Under the pieces are notes generated by a model, which worked only from the letters and a program-made list of their open reading frames with translations, was not told the DNA's origin and did no database searches. Position numbers and translations under genes: made by a program. From Sulfurimonas sp. (lineage in GTDB: Bacteria > Campylobacterota > Campylobacteria > Campylobacterales > Sulfurimonadaceae): a DNA stretch of 64,000 bases. Shown here piece by piece: positions 1 through 11,403 of this stretch; within the stretch, counting starts at the first letter, position 1; each line of letters opens with the position of its first letter. The stretch spans positions 3,875-67,874 of the forward strand of contig JAQTZE010000004.1 of the NCBI GenBank assembly GCA_028687935.1. The letters are read 5' to 3'.

Positions 1-97
1 TGCTCTCAAAGCAGGTGTAAATAACTATATAGTAAAACCGTTCACACCTCAGGTACTCAAAGAGAAGCTTGCTGCTGTTATGGGTGTTTCAGAATAA
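1..97 (+). CDS. cheY: CheY-type response regulator, C-terminal fragment (gene begins upstream of window)
   Basis: The frame from nt 2 reads ALKAGVNNYIVKPFTPQVLKEKLAAVMGVSE-stop (TAA 95-97), with the K-P-F receiver-domain end. The stop overlaps the prmA ATG. The cheY-prmA-ftsH order matches C. jejuni. Confidence 0.7.
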   Translation, partial: ALKAGVNNYIVKPFTPQVLKEKLAAVMGVSE

Positions 98-924
98 TGC
101 AGGAGCATTATTTTGAACTCGTAGTCAAAGTTTCATCACACCTTCCTCTTTACTCAGACTTTCTTGTTGATACACTCCCTATTGGTTTTGAAGAGACAGA
201 TGATGGTTTTGTAATACGAAGCGAAGATGAACTTGATACTATTATTTGGGGATTGGAGCAGTTTACTGAGGCTCTTCAAAAAGCACTTGGTCAAACAATA
301 GAGCTTGAATGCGTGCAGACAAAGCAAAACAATAGCGACTGGGTTGGAATCTATCAGCAAAGTATAGAACCTTTGGCAATTGATGGTTTTTATATCCACC
401 CGACATGGAATGAGCCACATCCAGATTTAATTAATATCGCGATAGATCCGGCACTTGCGTTTGGAACAGGACATCATCCTACGACTGCTTCTTCTCTTCG
501 TGCAATCGGACGTTATGTAAAAGCGGGTGATACTCTTATAGATGTTGGATGCGGCAGCGGGATACTTGGTATTGGAGCGATGAAACTTGGAGCACAAGTG
601 GATGCCTGTGATACAGATATCATCTCTGTAAATAACAGCATTGAAAATGCACAACTCAATGAGTTGGAGTTTTCTAAGATATGGGAAGGTTCATGCAGCC
701 TCAGTGAATCTACTTATAATATAGTAGTGGCAAATATAGTTGCAGACGTTCTCACTTTTATAGCAAAAGATCTCAAAAAAGCACTCAAAGAAGATGGAAT
801 CTTAATTTTATCCGGGATACTAGATAAATATGAAAACAAGGTTTTAGCATTTTATAAAGATTGCGATATAGTTGAGAGAATCGCTCAAGATGAGTGGGTA
901 ACACTCGTTTTAAAAAGAAAATAG
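97..924 (+). CDS. prmA: Ribosomal protein L11 methyltransferase
   Basis: 275 aa. Carries the GTGHHPTT and SAM-binding DVGCGSGILGI motifs typical of PrmA. Confidence 0.9.
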   Translation: MQEHYFELVVKVSSHLPLYSDFLVDTLPIGFEETDDGFVIRSEDELDTIIWGLEQFTEALQKALGQTIELECVQTKQNNSDWVGIYQQSIEPLAIDGFYIHPTWNEPHPDLINIAIDPALAFGTGHHPTTASSLRAIGRYVKAGDTLIDVGCGSGILGIGAMKLGAQVDACDTDIISVNNSIENAQLNELEFSKIWEGSCSLSESTYNIVVANIVADVLTFIAKDLKKALKEDGILILSGILDKYENKVLAFYKDCDIVERIAQDEWVTLVLKRK

Positions 925-936
925 GAAAAATAAAAC

Positions 937-2946
937 ATGTCAAAAAAAGAACAAAATAGTAATGACAATAACAATAATAACTTTTTTAATAAAAATCCAT
1001 TAATAACATTTGCCATTTTTTCTGTTGTTATAATTTTACTTTTTAAAGTTGTTATAGGTGAAGGTGGATCTATGGATGGCTCCGTCGCTGGAGCAAATAC
1101 AAAGACAAAACAGATAAGCTATTCAGAGCTTAAAAGTCTTGTTGAAACTAAAGCAGTGAGTAAAGTAGATATCGGTCAAACATATATCAAAGCACTCTCA
1201 ACTGATGGTAGAACACAATATACGACAAGAATCGTAAAAAATGATACAAAACTCACAGAAGAACTTGATAAACAAGGTATCGACTATGAAGGTTTTAGTG
1301 AATCGAATTGGTTTACAGAGATGTTTGGCTGGTTGTTTCCATTTTTGATCATCATCGCTATCTGGATGTTCTTTGCAGGACGTATGCAAAAGAGTATGGG
1401 TGGCGGTATCCTCGGTATGGGGAACTCAAAAAAAATGGTCAACTCTGAAAAACCTAAAACAAAGTTTGATGATGTAGCTGGTGTAGAAGAGGCCAAAGAA
1501 GAGGTACAAGAGATTGTTGACTTTTTGAAATATCCTGCGCGCTACGTAGAAATCGGGGCAAAAATACCTAAAGGTGTTCTTCTTGTAGGTTCTCCAGGAA
1601 CTGGTAAAACTCTTCTTGCAAAAGCTGTTGCAGGTGAGGCAGATGTACCGTTTTTCTCAGTAAGTGGTTCAAGCTTTATCGAGATGTTTGTTGGTGTCGG
1701 TGCAGCGCGTGTACGTGATTTATTTGAACAAGCAAAAAAAGATGCTCCGAGTATCATCTTCATTGATGAGATTGATGCTATCGGTAAAAGCCGTGCAGCG
1801 GGTGCTATGATGGGTGGAAATGATGAGAGAGAACAAACACTCAATCAGCTTCTCGCAGAGATGGATGGTTTTGGTACAGATATTCCTGTTATCGTTTTAG
1901 CAGCTACAAACAGACCTGAGATACTTGATCAGGCACTTATGAGACCAGGCCGTTTTGATAGACAAGTTCTTGTTGATAAGCCAGACTTTGCAGGACGTGT
2001 GAAAATCCTTAAAGTGCATATGCGCAATGTGAAAATGGATGATGATGTTGAGATCGAAGAGATCGCACGTCTGACAGCGGGACTCGCAGGTGCTGATCTT
2101 GCAAATGTTATCAATGAAGCAGCACTTTTAGCGGGAAGAAAAAGTCAAAAAACTGTGAAACAAAAAGATCTTTTTGAAGCAGTTGAACGTGCTATTGCCG
2201 GACTTGCTAAAAAATCACGCCGTATCAACCCAAAAGAGAAAAAAATAGTAGCCTACCATGAAAGTGGGCATGCGCTTTTAGCAGAGACTACTGTGGGTGC
2301 GAGAAAAGTGTCTAAAGTTTCCATTGTTCCACGTGGACTTGCAGCTTTAGGATATACACTGAACAAACCTGAAGAAGATAAGTTTATGATGCAACGTCAT
2401 GAGATGTGGGCGGAAGTGGATGTACTTCTTGGTGGTCGCGCGGCTGAGCAGGTCTTTATAGGTGAGATATCTACAGGTGCAGGAAATGACCTTGAACGTG
2501 CGACTGATATCATTAAGTCAATGGTGCAAACCTATGGTATGAGTGATGTAGCTGGTTTGATGGTGCTTGAAAAGAGCAGACATTCATTCTTGGCTGGCGG
2601 ACAGCAAGCAAGTAGAGAGTATAGCGATAAGATGGCTGAGAAGATGGATGAGTTTATTAAATCATCGCTTCAAGAGAGATACGAGCTTGTTGTGGCTAGA
2701 CTTGAAGAGTATAGAGATGCTATCGAAGATATGGTGGCACTTTTGTATAAAAAAGAGAATATTGAAGGTTCAGAGGTAAGAGAGATCATCTTAAACTTTG
2801 AAAAAGCAAACAATATCGACTCTAAAGTGACACAAGATACAAGCCATATCGAAGATGAACTCAAGCAAGATGCTACGATGTCTTCTAAAAAAGATGTCAG
2901 CGCAGATGCTGTAGATGAAGATAGAGAGCAAGAAGATGAGAAGTAA
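937..2946 (+). CDS. ftsH: ATP-dependent zinc metalloprotease FtsH
   Basis: 669 aa with an N-terminal TM segment. Walker A GSPGTGKT, Walker B IIFIDEID, and Zn site HESGHA. Confidence 0.97.
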   Translation: MSKKEQNSNDNNNNNFFNKNPLITFAIFSVVIILLFKVVIGEGGSMDGSVAGANTKTKQISYSELKSLVETKAVSKVDIGQTYIKALSTDGRTQYTTRIVKNDTKLTEELDKQGIDYEGFSESNWFTEMFGWLFPFLIIIAIWMFFAGRMQKSMGGGILGMGNSKKMVNSEKPKTKFDDVAGVEEAKEEVQEIVDFLKYPARYVEIGAKIPKGVLLVGSPGTGKTLLAKAVAGEADVPFFSVSGSSFIEMFVGVGAARVRDLFEQAKKDAPSIIFIDEIDAIGKSRAAGAMMGGNDEREQTLNQLLAEMDGFGTDIPVIVLAATNRPEILDQALMRPGRFDRQVLVDKPDFAGRVKILKVHMRNVKMDDDVEIEEIARLTAGLAGADLANVINEAALLAGRKSQKTVKQKDLFEAVERAIAGLAKKSRRINPKEKKIVAYHESGHALLAETTVGARKVSKVSIVPRGLAALGYTLNKPEEDKFMMQRHEMWAEVDVLLGGRAAEQVFIGEISTGAGNDLERATDIIKSMVQTYGMSDVAGLMVLEKSRHSFLAGGQQASREYSDKMAEKMDEFIKSSLQERYELVVARLEEYRDAIEDMVALLYKKENIEGSEVREIILNFEKANNIDSKVTQDTSHIEDELKQDATMSSKKDVSADAVDEDREQEDEK

Positions 2947-3568
2947 TCTTTTACCAGTTTTAAAACAGGGTTGGGGCTATATAGCTTGGGCATTTGGACT
3001 TTTTGTTCTTTTTGCTTTACTCGATTGTAATATTTTGCAGTTCTTATCTTTTGTAGCTTTTGCTGCGTTTATCTATGTATATAGAAATCCTGAGCGAGAG
3101 TTGCCACTGTTTCAAAACTCAAGTGTGACGAGTCCTGTGGATGGTACTGTGATATCTATAGAAGAACTTGATGATCCTGAATATGGATACAAAGTAGAAA
3201 TTGAGAGCGACTTTTCAAATGTAGCAGTTTTACGTGTACCGATGAGTTCTTCGTTACTCTCTGTCGTACATCTAAAAGGGACTCGTCTTGCTAAGAACTC
3301 TCCTTTGTTTACAAAAACAAATGAAAACGCAGTGCTTATTTTTGAAAATAGAGATGCAAATAAGGTCAAAGTCGTCCATAGATGTAAGCAAAGTTTTGAT
3401 GGTATTCATATTGACATCATCATGGCGCAAAATCTTACACAATCATTCAGATATGGTTCTATGATCCATGGTGTAACTTCGATCTATCTGCCGAGAAATT
3501 TTAGACTTAATATTACTGTTTCAAATGAACTTATTGGTTCTGAAACTTTGATAGGGTATTTTTCATAA
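2936..3568 (+). CDS. Phosphatidylserine decarboxylase-related membrane protein
   Basis: The ATG at 2936 overlaps the ftsH stop; the ORF-track start at 2915 is less likely. N-terminal TM, an SPVDGTV motif and a C-terminal IGSE motif. It sits between ftsH and pssA, as Cj1115c does. Confidence 0.6.
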   Translation: MRSNLLPVLKQGWGYIAWAFGLFVLFALLDCNILQFLSFVAFAAFIYVYRNPERELPLFQNSSVTSPVDGTVISIEELDDPEYGYKVEIESDFSNVAVLRVPMSSSLLSVVHLKGTRLAKNSPLFTKTNENAVLIFENRDANKVKVVHRCKQSFDGIHIDIIMAQNLTQSFRYGSMIHGVTSIYLPRNFRLNITVSNELIGSETLIGYFS

Positions 3569-3571
3569 ACC

Positions 3572-4294
3572 ATGAAAAAGCCCCAAGCAAACCTCCTTTA
3601 TATCCTTCCTAACTTTTTTACTGCTGCTTCGATCTTCTCTGGTGTTTTTAGTATGATAAACGCAATCAATGGAGAGTTTACAGAGGCTGCTTGGCTCATT
3701 ATGCTGGCACTTATCTTTGATGGGCTTGATGGTAGAGTTGCTCGTCTTACAAACACATGTTCGAAGTTTGGGATAGAGTTTGACTCTCTTGCAGATATCG
3801 TTGCGTTTGGTGTCGCTCCGGCTCTGCTTATCTATCTTTTTATAGGACATGAATATGGAAGATTTGGTGTAGTCGTCTCTGCTTTATTTGTGATGTTTGG
3901 AGCGATTAGACTGGCAAGGTTTAATGTGATGACTTCGCATAGTGAGCCTTCTGTATTTATTGGGATTCCTATTCCCACCGCAGCGGTATTTATCTCTTTG
4001 CTAGTGTTACTGTTTGAAAAATACAATCTCAAAGTAGAATTTAGTCTATGGATATTGATTTTAACTATTCTAGTATCATTATTGATGGTGAGCAATATTC
4101 GTTATCCAAGTTTCAAGAAGATGGATTTTACTTCAAAACATGTTATGAAACTTTTTGTGCTTCTATTAACACTTTCTCTGATTATCTTTATGTTTCCAGT
4201 TGAAGGCTTTACGCTTGTATTTGTCGTTTATATTTTGTATGGTCCGCTACGAATTGTCGGACTTTTTACAAGATATCTCTTTAAGAAGAAGTAG
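3572..4294 (+). CDS. pssA: CDP-diacylglycerol--serine O-phosphatidyltransferase
   Basis: Carries the CDP-alcohol phosphatidyltransferase motif DGLDGRVAR..G...DSLAD. Multi-TM protein of 240 aa. Confidence 0.9.
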   Translation: MKKPQANLLYILPNFFTAASIFSGVFSMINAINGEFTEAAWLIMLALIFDGLDGRVARLTNTCSKFGIEFDSLADIVAFGVAPALLIYLFIGHEYGRFGVVVSALFVMFGAIRLARFNVMTSHSEPSVFIGIPIPTAAVFISLLVLLFEKYNLKVEFSLWILILTILVSLLMVSNIRYPSFKKMDFTSKHVMKLFVLLLTLSLIIFMFPVEGFTLVFVVYILYGPLRIVGLFTRYLFKKK

Positions 4295-4301
4295 GATTTT
4301 T

Positions 4302-6650
4302 CTACTTCTCTTTACTCTGCTTTTCAAATAAAAGTTTATCCAAGTCTATCTCAAAGTTAAAATACTCTGATACAAATCCATTATCGCCAACTTTTGAGAA
4401 TTGTATCGCAGCCCCTTCGTTGTTTTGTACTTGAAGATAAAGTAGACCAAGCGCATAACGGCTCTCTACAAAGTTTGTATCTTTCATCTTTGAGAGTTCT
4501 AGAAGTACAATTGCGTTTTCATGATGTGCCGCCGCAGTTGAAGCAACAGCACCAAGAAAAAGTGTCAGTGCATCGCGTACTTTTTGCTCATCTATAAGAT
4601 AGTTGTAGAGCGTAAAGGACTCTTCATATGCTCTATCATAGAGTGAAGCCAAAGCAAGTGCATTTGTGATCTCTTGCGTATTTTTATCTGTTGTAGCTAA
4701 GGTTTTTTTGAGCTGCTCACGAAGAAAATAGAGTTTTCCAGTAAAAAGATTTTGCTGAATATAAAGATAACGAGTGATATAGGGCCCAAAATACAAATCA
4801 TCGAAGTCGAAATGTTGCTCTTTGAGATAGTTGAGGACTTTGCTTGCATACTCTTTTGGTTTGAGTTCTCCAAAATAGGCATCGATATAGATCATATGCG
4901 GCAAGATATCTTCAGGAAGAAGAAGAGAGAGTTTTGCAGCGGAACTTTGAGCTCTGTCTGTTTTGTTGATGCCCAGTCCGATGATAACATCCATAGCAAG
5001 ATATAAGGGTTGTTCTTCATAAGTACGGTCGAGCCATTCGATAGCTGAGATCATGTCGTTATCGGAGATATGCAAAAGGTTTTTATAGAGATCTATCTCT
5101 TCGCTTTGCATTTCGTTCATGATAGAATCTTTTACTATAGATGTGAGTTTTGTACTCTCTTTGCCAATGAGCTGGCTCGTCATGATGGCGAAGATTCCTG
5201 AGAGATAGTTCTTTGCATCAAGATGATAGGAACGTAAAAAATGTTCATTTGCTTTGATCATGTCACCGAGTTGTGCATAGGTGAGTGCCAAGTTATAGTG
5301 AAGAATAGAGTGCTTTGGCTGAATAATAACGAGCTTTTGAAGATCCTCATTAGCTTCACGGATTTTAAACGCGAGTGCTTTTTTTATCGCTTTAGTAATC
5401 CCATAGTTGACGCTGGAGGAAGAAGCCCCTTTTTGCAAATATTCTTTTGCCGCATCCATATTGTCTATAAAAATATTTGCAGTTCCTTTACGGATATAAC
5501 TGATTGTTTGATTCGCATTAAAGACTTTATAGGGAGAAAAATAGAAGATTTTTTGGTATATCATCGATTTTGAGTTTTCTACCTTTTCTCTATAGTGCAC
5601 TTGTGCTTTTTCAGGTTCAAATATACTCTCCTTGAGCGTTACTTTTATAGGATAGTGCAGATAAATTTCTTCTGGAAACATGTCCGTTGCGTTTTTTATA
5701 TCTTTACCGCCGCTAGCAATCTTGCCGGATTTTAGTTTTACAAGCCCTTGTGCTAGTTGTGATTTTACTGGTTCAATGTTTTTGATGATAGACTCTTCAA
5801 AATGGCTAATTGCAAGGGGATAATCCCCGATTCTTGCATATAAGAGAGCTATACTAAAGTCATCGATATAGTTAAAATCCTGTTCCATAGCCTCGATTGC
5901 TTCATAGTCATTTCCAAAAAGGGCATTGATTTTAGCGCGAAGATGTTTTTGCGTACTTGGGTATTCATCTGACGTTGTGTTATTGAGCGCAGCCAGTGCT
6001 TCAAGGTAGTTTTGGTTGTAGTAGTTTATAAGTGCATAATAGTAGGAATATAGAGGAGACTCTTGCTCAAAGGGAAGATATGCATAGGCAAGATCGATGT
6101 AATATCTGAACTTCTCAGGATTCTCAAGATGCAGAGAACATACAGCTGCGTTTATGGCACTTACACATCTTTTTTCATCATTTTGTATCGCTTTGGAAAA
6201 TGTATCAAGAGCCTGTTCATATTGTTTATCTTTGAGCTGTGCTACACCAAGATTGTATTGGGAGATTGCTTCACTGTAGAGTGCTATTTTTTCATATAAA
6301 AAGAGGGCCTCATCTTTGGAGCCATTTGAATAGAGATAGTTCGCTTTGGCGATCATATTTTCTAGTTGGCTTGGTTCTATCGGGATGGTGCTGTTTTGTT
6401 CAAGTTTCTCTTCTATAGACTCCATTGAAAGTGGACTTTCATCAGGAGATTTTTGAGACAAAACTAAAAGTATTAATGCGATTATTAGAAGTAATACAAA
6501 AGCAGAAGCACCAAAGATGATGACTTTTTTCTTTTTTGCATCTGAAGATGAAGAGGTGTTTGTCTCTTCTGATGCATCAGGGGAGACTGCATCAAACGCA
6601 GCCGCGTCATTCTCTTCAATGATAATGATATCTTCTGTCAGTTCCGCCAT
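4302..6650 (-). CDS. Membrane-anchored TPR-repeat protein
   Basis: 782 aa. Acidic N-terminus, one TM helix (VIIFGASAFVLLLIIALILLVL), then many TPR-like helical repeats. Confidence 0.7.
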   Translation of the reverse strand: MAELTEDIIIIEENDAAAFDAVSPDASEETNTSSSSDAKKKKVIIFGASAFVLLLIIALILLVLSQKSPDESPLSMESIEEKLEQNSTIPIEPSQLENMIAKANYLYSNGSKDEALFLYEKIALYSEAISQYNLGVAQLKDKQYEQALDTFSKAIQNDEKRCVSAINAAVCSLHLENPEKFRYYIDLAYAYLPFEQESPLYSYYYALINYYNQNYLEALAALNNTTSDEYPSTQKHLRAKINALFGNDYEAIEAMEQDFNYIDDFSIALLYARIGDYPLAISHFEESIIKNIEPVKSQLAQGLVKLKSGKIASGGKDIKNATDMFPEEIYLHYPIKVTLKESIFEPEKAQVHYREKVENSKSMIYQKIFYFSPYKVFNANQTISYIRKGTANIFIDNMDAAKEYLQKGASSSSVNYGITKAIKKALAFKIREANEDLQKLVIIQPKHSILHYNLALTYAQLGDMIKANEHFLRSYHLDAKNYLSGIFAIMTSQLIGKESTKLTSIVKDSIMNEMQSEEIDLYKNLLHISDNDMISAIEWLDRTYEEQPLYLAMDVIIGLGINKTDRAQSSAAKLSLLLPEDILPHMIYIDAYFGELKPKEYASKVLNYLKEQHFDFDDLYFGPYITRYLYIQQNLFTGKLYFLREQLKKTLATTDKNTQEITNALALASLYDRAYEESFTLYNYLIDEQKVRDALTLFLGAVASTAAAHHENAIVLLELSKMKDTNFVESRYALGLLYLQVQNNEGAAIQFSKVGDNGFVSEYFNFEIDLDKLLFEKQSKEK

Positions 6651-6855
6651 ACTCTACCTTGATGCAAATATATATAGTTTAAAAGCAAGAACGATACCAT
6701 TGTTTGGATTATAGCAAGGTATATTTTTATGACGTAGACATATGTGACAAATTTAACGTAAACTGTGTGAATTATGATGAAGTGACATTTTTTGCGTATG
6801 AATAGCTTTTTATTATGATAAACTATTTCAAACAACAAAAAAGGAAATTCTACGA

Positions 6856-7239
6856 ATGCAAGAATACATACTCAAGAGTGACGATTTTTTAGTCTCTCAG
6901 ACTGATGACAGAGGGATAATTCAGTTTGCCAATGATGATTTTTGTAAAATAGCAGGATATACGCTAGAAGAACTTGTTGGTAAGCCTCACAATGTAGTTC
7001 GTCACAGTGATATGCCAAAGGCTGCGTTTAAAGATCTATGGGAGACAGTTTCAGCTGGTAAGATCTGGACAGGTTATGTGAAGAACAGAACAAAAGATGG
7101 TGGCTATTATTGGGTATTCGCAACAGTATTTCCAAAATATGACACACAAACAAAAGAAAAGTCTTATATATCTTGTAGAAGAAAACCTTCTACAGAAGAG
7201 ATAGAAGATATTCAAAAACTCTACAAGACGATGAGATAG
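6856..7239 (+). CDS. Aer-type PAS domain protein (CetB-like energy-taxis sensor)
   Basis: 127 aa. The Aer PAS signature is present: [16 protein letters not shown]......[16 protein letters not shown]. Confidence 0.9.
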   Translation: MQEYILKSDDFLVSQTDDRGIIQFANDDFCKIAGYTLEELVGKPHNVVRHSDMPKAAFKDLWETVSAGKIWTGYVKNRTKDGGYYWVFATVFPKYDTQTKEKSYISCRRKPSTEEIEDIQKLYKTMR

Positions 7240-7247
7240 GGAAACAG

Positions 7248-8357
7248 ATGAACACAATGCAAAAAAACATAATACTGGTACTGATCTTTATAGGTCTTAT
7301 AGCTGCTCTTTTCTTGACAAGTTCAACAATAATACATGTTGCTTTGGCTGTTATAGCTCTAGTTGCAAGTGTTGTTCTTCAAATGTTGAAGGAAACTTCA
7401 ATCCAAAACATCAAAGTCTTAGATGAACTTTTGGAACTACTAGAGTTTAGAAGAAACAAAGTAGCTATCAATGAAGCAACAGAAGATAGTGTAGAAAAAG
7501 GGCTCAACCGACTTGTAACTCAGTATCAAAATAGTGTTCTTGAAGATACTCAAGTAGCTGGAGAGATGGTGCTATTGGCTGATAGAGTTTCAAAAGGGCA
7601 CTATACATGTAGAGTTATAGCTGATACGAAAACTCCTTATGTGCACGTTTTACGAAAGAGCATGAACAATATGATTGATAATTCAGAAAAGAATATTGAC
7701 AATGCTATCGTTACTCTGCGCAGTTTCTCAAAAGGGACTTTTGATGCAAGAAGTGCCGTGAATGTAGAAGCTAAAATGGCTGATTTGTTGAATAATATCA
7801 ACTCTCTTGGTAAATCTCTTCAGGATATGGAAAAGAATAATAAAGATTCTCAAGAACAGATAGTAGAGTCTTCTTCAAAACTCAATAAAACAATAGCTAC
7901 AATAACAAATACAACGATCATCGAACTCAAAGATATGATCAGTACAGCGGTAAATAGAATTCATGAAGTCTCTGCAAAAGAGAATGAAATGGTCGGTAAT
8001 CTACAAAGACTTGTCTTAAACGCAAATGAGACTAAAGCGATACTCTCAACAATCGGTGATATAGCAAATCAAACAAATCTTCTTGCACTAAACGCAGCGA
8101 TAGAAGCAGCGCGCGCTGGAGAACATGGACGTGGATTTGCTGTTGTTGCTGATGAAGTTCGTAAGCTAGCTGAGATAACACAAAAAAGTTTGGCTGAGAT
8201 ATCTGCTACGACAAACGTGCTGATCCAATCTATCTCTGAGAGCTCAGATACCTTAAACACAAACGCAGATGAAGTAAATAGTATCTCTTCAGAAATCAAT
8301 CATATAAGTGATAAAATAGACGACATCATCCATACACTAAAAACGCTAGTAGAATAA
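7248..8357 (+). CDS. Methyl-accepting chemotaxis protein without a periplasmic domain (CetA-like)
   Basis: 369 aa. N-terminal TM hairpin and the signalling hairpin [31 protein letters not shown]. Starts 9 nt after the PAS gene. Confidence 0.9.
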   Translation: MNTMQKNIILVLIFIGLIAALFLTSSTIIHVALAVIALVASVVLQMLKETSIQNIKVLDELLELLEFRRNKVAINEATEDSVEKGLNRLVTQYQNSVLEDTQVAGEMVLLADRVSKGHYTCRVIADTKTPYVHVLRKSMNNMIDNSEKNIDNAIVTLRSFSKGTFDARSAVNVEAKMADLLNNINSLGKSLQDMEKNNKDSQEQIVESSSKLNKTIATITNTTIIELKDMISTAVNRIHEVSAKENEMVGNLQRLVLNANETKAILSTIGDIANQTNLLALNAAIEAARAGEHGRGFAVVADEVRKLAEITQKSLAEISATTNVLIQSISESSDTLNTNADEVNSISSEINHISDKIDDIIHTLKTLVE

Positions 8358-8371
8358 AACGCAATCAATTT

Positions 8372-8392
8372 AGAGGGTTTTTACAACCCTCT
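8372..8392. terminator. Hairpin between convergent genes
   Basis: Perfect 8-bp stem agagggtt / aaccctct with the loop tttac. It lies between the MCP (+) and the diguanylate cyclase (-). Confidence 0.55.
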
Positions 8393-8408
8393 CGTTCCCC
8401 CGTCTTTT

Positions 8409-10070
8409 TTACCCTATAACTCTATTTTTTCCTTCACTTTTCGCACGATAAAGCGCGCTGTCTGCTCGTTCAATGAGAGAGTCTTGATTCTCAGCGGTAC
8501 CAAGTTTAGCAACTCCAAATGAAGATGTTTGGCTTCCTGCAATTGCAAAAGAGTGGCTCTCTATTGCAAAACGGATCTTTTCAGCTAATATTTTTGCTCC
8601 ATCGAGATCTGTTTTTGGTAGTATGATGAGAAACTCCTCGCCACCCCATCTTCCAATCGTATCAGAAGTACGCCCAATCGAACGCAGTATATTGGCGATA
8701 TCTTGTAAGACCTGATCCCCAATCTGGTGGCCATAGGTGTCATTAACCTTTTTAAAATCATCGACATCGAGTAAAAGAATCGATAAAGGTGCTGGATAGC
8801 GTTTTATCTGTGCCAATTCATAAAGAAATACGTCATCAAGTTTTAGACGGTTACTTAGCCCTGTCAGTGGATCAGTAATAGAGAGGAATTCAGCGTGTTT
8901 TTTATCTGTAATATCATGATGTACAGCGGTGTAGCCGATTTTCTCTCCCATATCATTCCAAATGGGTGAGATAACTACATAGACCCAAAACGTAGAACCG
9001 TCTTTTGCCATATTTTTGATTTCACCTTCCCATGATTTGTTGCGTATGAGAGAAGCCCATAATTGACTATAGAGCTCTTTTGGCATATCAGGATGTCGAA
9101 TAGTACGATGATTTATTCCCAAAAGCTCAGACTCACTATATTTGCTAATACGGCAAAAGGCTTCAGATACGGAGGTAAAGTTACCTTCTAGGTCTGTAGA
9201 TGAAGTAACAACGGATTCATCAATAAGTGCTACATAATCTTTAAGCTTTTTATCTATTCTCACAGACTCTGTGACGTCTTGGACAGTTCCTTGCGAGAAG
9301 AGTGGGGCATCATTTTTGTCATACTTCGTTTTTCCATTTTCTTCGACATATTTGACTCTGCCATCGGACATTATGAGACGATGGGTGATGCTGTAAGGGG
9401 TTTTCTCTTCTAAAGATTTTAAAAAAGCATTTTGAACAGCTTTTACGTCATCAGGGTGAATCGTATTTAAAAAACCTTCATAGCTTGCTTCAAATTTATT
9501 TGGGTCAATCTCAAATATTCGAAAAATCTCATCACTCCACTGCAAATGATTTTTTACCAAATCTAAATTCCAGCTTCCGATTTTTGCTATTTGCTGAGCT
9601 TCATTGAGTAACTGTTGCGAGTGTAATAATTGTCTGTGCGTTTCTTTTTCTTTGCTGATATCCTTTGCAACACCAACATAACCGATAAGAGTTCCGTGTC
9701 TGTCACGTAAAGCACTGACTGAAAGTAAAACAGCAATACGTTGCCCATCTTTAGCGATATATGTCGCTTCAAATTCGTTGGCAAGATCGTATTTTGTTTT
9801 GATGATAAAGGTCTCAAAACCAGGTTTGATATCAATACCAAGTTCTTCTGAGAGCTTTTCAGCTTGTTGTGTTACCTCGAAAAGATCATGCAAAATTTCG
9901 GGAGTATGAAGGCCCACAAGTTCAGATGCTGCATAACCTAGCATCTTTTCAGCTTCTTTGTTGAAGCTTGTGATTGTCCCGTCTATCGTAGTTGTGATAA
10001 CAGCAAACGGGATATTGTTTAAGGTAATAAATAATAGTTCAGCTGCTTCGTCAATTTTGTTTTTTGTCAT
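8409..10070 (-). CDS. Multi-PAS sensor diguanylate cyclase (GGDEF)
   Basis: 553 aa. Three PAS/PAC-like modules and a C-terminal GGDEF domain (RWGGEEF, DDFKKVNDTYGH). Confidence 0.9.
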   Translation of the reverse strand: MTKNKIDEAAELLFITLNNIPFAVITTTIDGTITSFNKEAEKMLGYAASELVGLHTPEILHDLFEVTQQAEKLSEELGIDIKPGFETFIIKTKYDLANEFEATYIAKDGQRIAVLLSVSALRDRHGTLIGYVGVAKDISKEKETHRQLLHSQQLLNEAQQIAKIGSWNLDLVKNHLQWSDEIFRIFEIDPNKFEASYEGFLNTIHPDDVKAVQNAFLKSLEEKTPYSITHRLIMSDGRVKYVEENGKTKYDKNDAPLFSQGTVQDVTESVRIDKKLKDYVALIDESVVTSSTDLEGNFTSVSEAFCRISKYSESELLGINHRTIRHPDMPKELYSQLWASLIRNKSWEGEIKNMAKDGSTFWVYVVISPIWNDMGEKIGYTAVHHDITDKKHAEFLSITDPLTGLSNRLKLDDVFLYELAQIKRYPAPLSILLLDVDDFKKVNDTYGHQIGDQVLQDIANILRSIGRTSDTIGRWGGEEFLIILPKTDLDGAKILAEKIRFAIESHSFAIAGSQTSSFGVAKLGTAENQDSLIERADSALYRAKSEGKNRVIG

Positions 10071-10080
10071 TAATGTAAAA

Positions 10081-11331
10081 TTACATCCCCAAATAAGGCT
10101 TTAAAACCTCAGGTATAGTGATACTTCCATCTTCTTGCTGGTTGTTTTCCATAATAGCAACTAAAGTTCTTCCAACTGCTAGTGAACTTCCATTGAGCGT
10201 ATGTACAAGGGTATTTTCTTTGCCATCTTTAAAGCGAATTTTTGCGCGTCTTGCTTGGAAATCTCTTGTGTTACTTACAGAAGAGATCTCGCGGTACGTC
10301 GCTTGTCCTGGTAACCACACTTCGAGGTCGATAGTCTTTGCTGCTCCAAAACCTAAATCCCCTGTACAAAGAGTAACAAGGCGGTGCGGAAGCTCAAGTG
10401 CAGTTAAAAGATCAGATGCACATGCGACCATCTCTTCAAATATCTTGTCACTCTCATCTGGTTTGGAAAGTGCGACAAGTTCTACTTTGTGAAATTGGTG
10501 CTGACGAATCATCCCTCTTGTATCACGACCTGCCGCACCTGCTTCTTTTCTAAAACATGAAGTATAGGCTGTCATTTTTTTAGGAAGCGCGTCTGCTGAG
10601 AGTATCTCATCTTGATAGAGATTTGTCACAGGGACTTCTGCGGTTGGGATGAGGAAAAGTTCTTGACCGTCAATTTTATACAGATCATCTTCAAACTTTG
10701 GAAGCTGACCAGTTCCCTCGAGTGCCGTACGGTTGACTAGGGCAGGGACACTGACCTCTTCAAAGCCGCGTTTTGCGTTGAAATTCAGCATAAAGTTGAT
10801 AAGCGCACGTTCGAGCTTCGCACCCATTCCAAAACTTACAGAGAATCTTGAAGTTGCAAGCTTCACACCGCGTTCAAAGTCTATCCAGCCATTTTGTTCT
10901 GCAAGTTCCCAGTGCTCTTTTGGGGCAAAGCTAAACTCTCTTGGTGTGAGTACTTTTTTGATCTCTATATTGTCATTTTCATCTGCTCCATCTGGAACGT
11001 CATCATCAGGTGTATTTGGGATAGACATAGCGATAGACTCAAGTGCTTCTTGTGCTACTCTTTGGAGTTCTAGTGCTTCTGTGATGTTGATTTTATTTAC
11101 ATCGACTTTTGCTTTGAGCTCTGTGACATCTTTTTTCTCACGCATAAGCTGACCAAACTCTTTACTCATTGCGTTTTGGTCTGCTTGAAGTGTTTCGTAG
11201 GCTGCTTTTGCGGCTTTTAGCTCTTCGCTTTTTGTTTTGAGATTTTTTATCAGGGTACTATCGACACCTTTTCTCATGAGCTTCGCGCTCATCACGTCAA
11301 AATCTTTTTGTAGTAGTTTTAAATCAATCAT
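10081..11331 (-). CDS. serS: Seryl-tRNA synthetase
   Basis: 416 aa. N-terminal coiled-coil arm and a class II aaRS core typical of SerS. Confidence 0.97.
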   Translation of the reverse strand: MIDLKLLQKDFDVMSAKLMRKGVDSTLIKNLKTKSEELKAAKAAYETLQADQNAMSKEFGQLMREKKDVTELKAKVDVNKINITEALELQRVAQEALESIAMSIPNTPDDDVPDGADENDNIEIKKVLTPREFSFAPKEHWELAEQNGWIDFERGVKLATSRFSVSFGMGAKLERALINFMLNFNAKRGFEEVSVPALVNRTALEGTGQLPKFEDDLYKIDGQELFLIPTAEVPVTNLYQDEILSADALPKKMTAYTSCFRKEAGAAGRDTRGMIRQHQFHKVELVALSKPDESDKIFEEMVACASDLLTALELPHRLVTLCTGDLGFGAAKTIDLEVWLPGQATYREISSVSNTRDFQARRAKIRFKDGKENTLVHTLNGSSLAVGRTLVAIMENNQQEDGSITIPEVLKPYLGM

Positions 11332-11403
11332 AAGTATCCTAAATCATAAGTATCGCGATTATAGCAAAATATATGTTTGAAATATTTGAGAGCTACGAGA
11401 TTC

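Noticed and set aside
1542-1844. Numerous antisense or shadow ORFs in the track, for example 1542-1844, 10118-10492, 10733-11152, 14692-15114, 30498-30929, 35635-35931, 36707-37117, 41463-41774, 52909-53232 and 53302-53682
   Set aside because: Each lies wholly inside, and antisense or out of frame to, a strongly supported conserved gene (ftsH, serS, OmpA-like, lysC, PiT, ppi, GH17, clpB). All have Ser/Ala/Ile-rich shadow-frame composition and no SD sequence.
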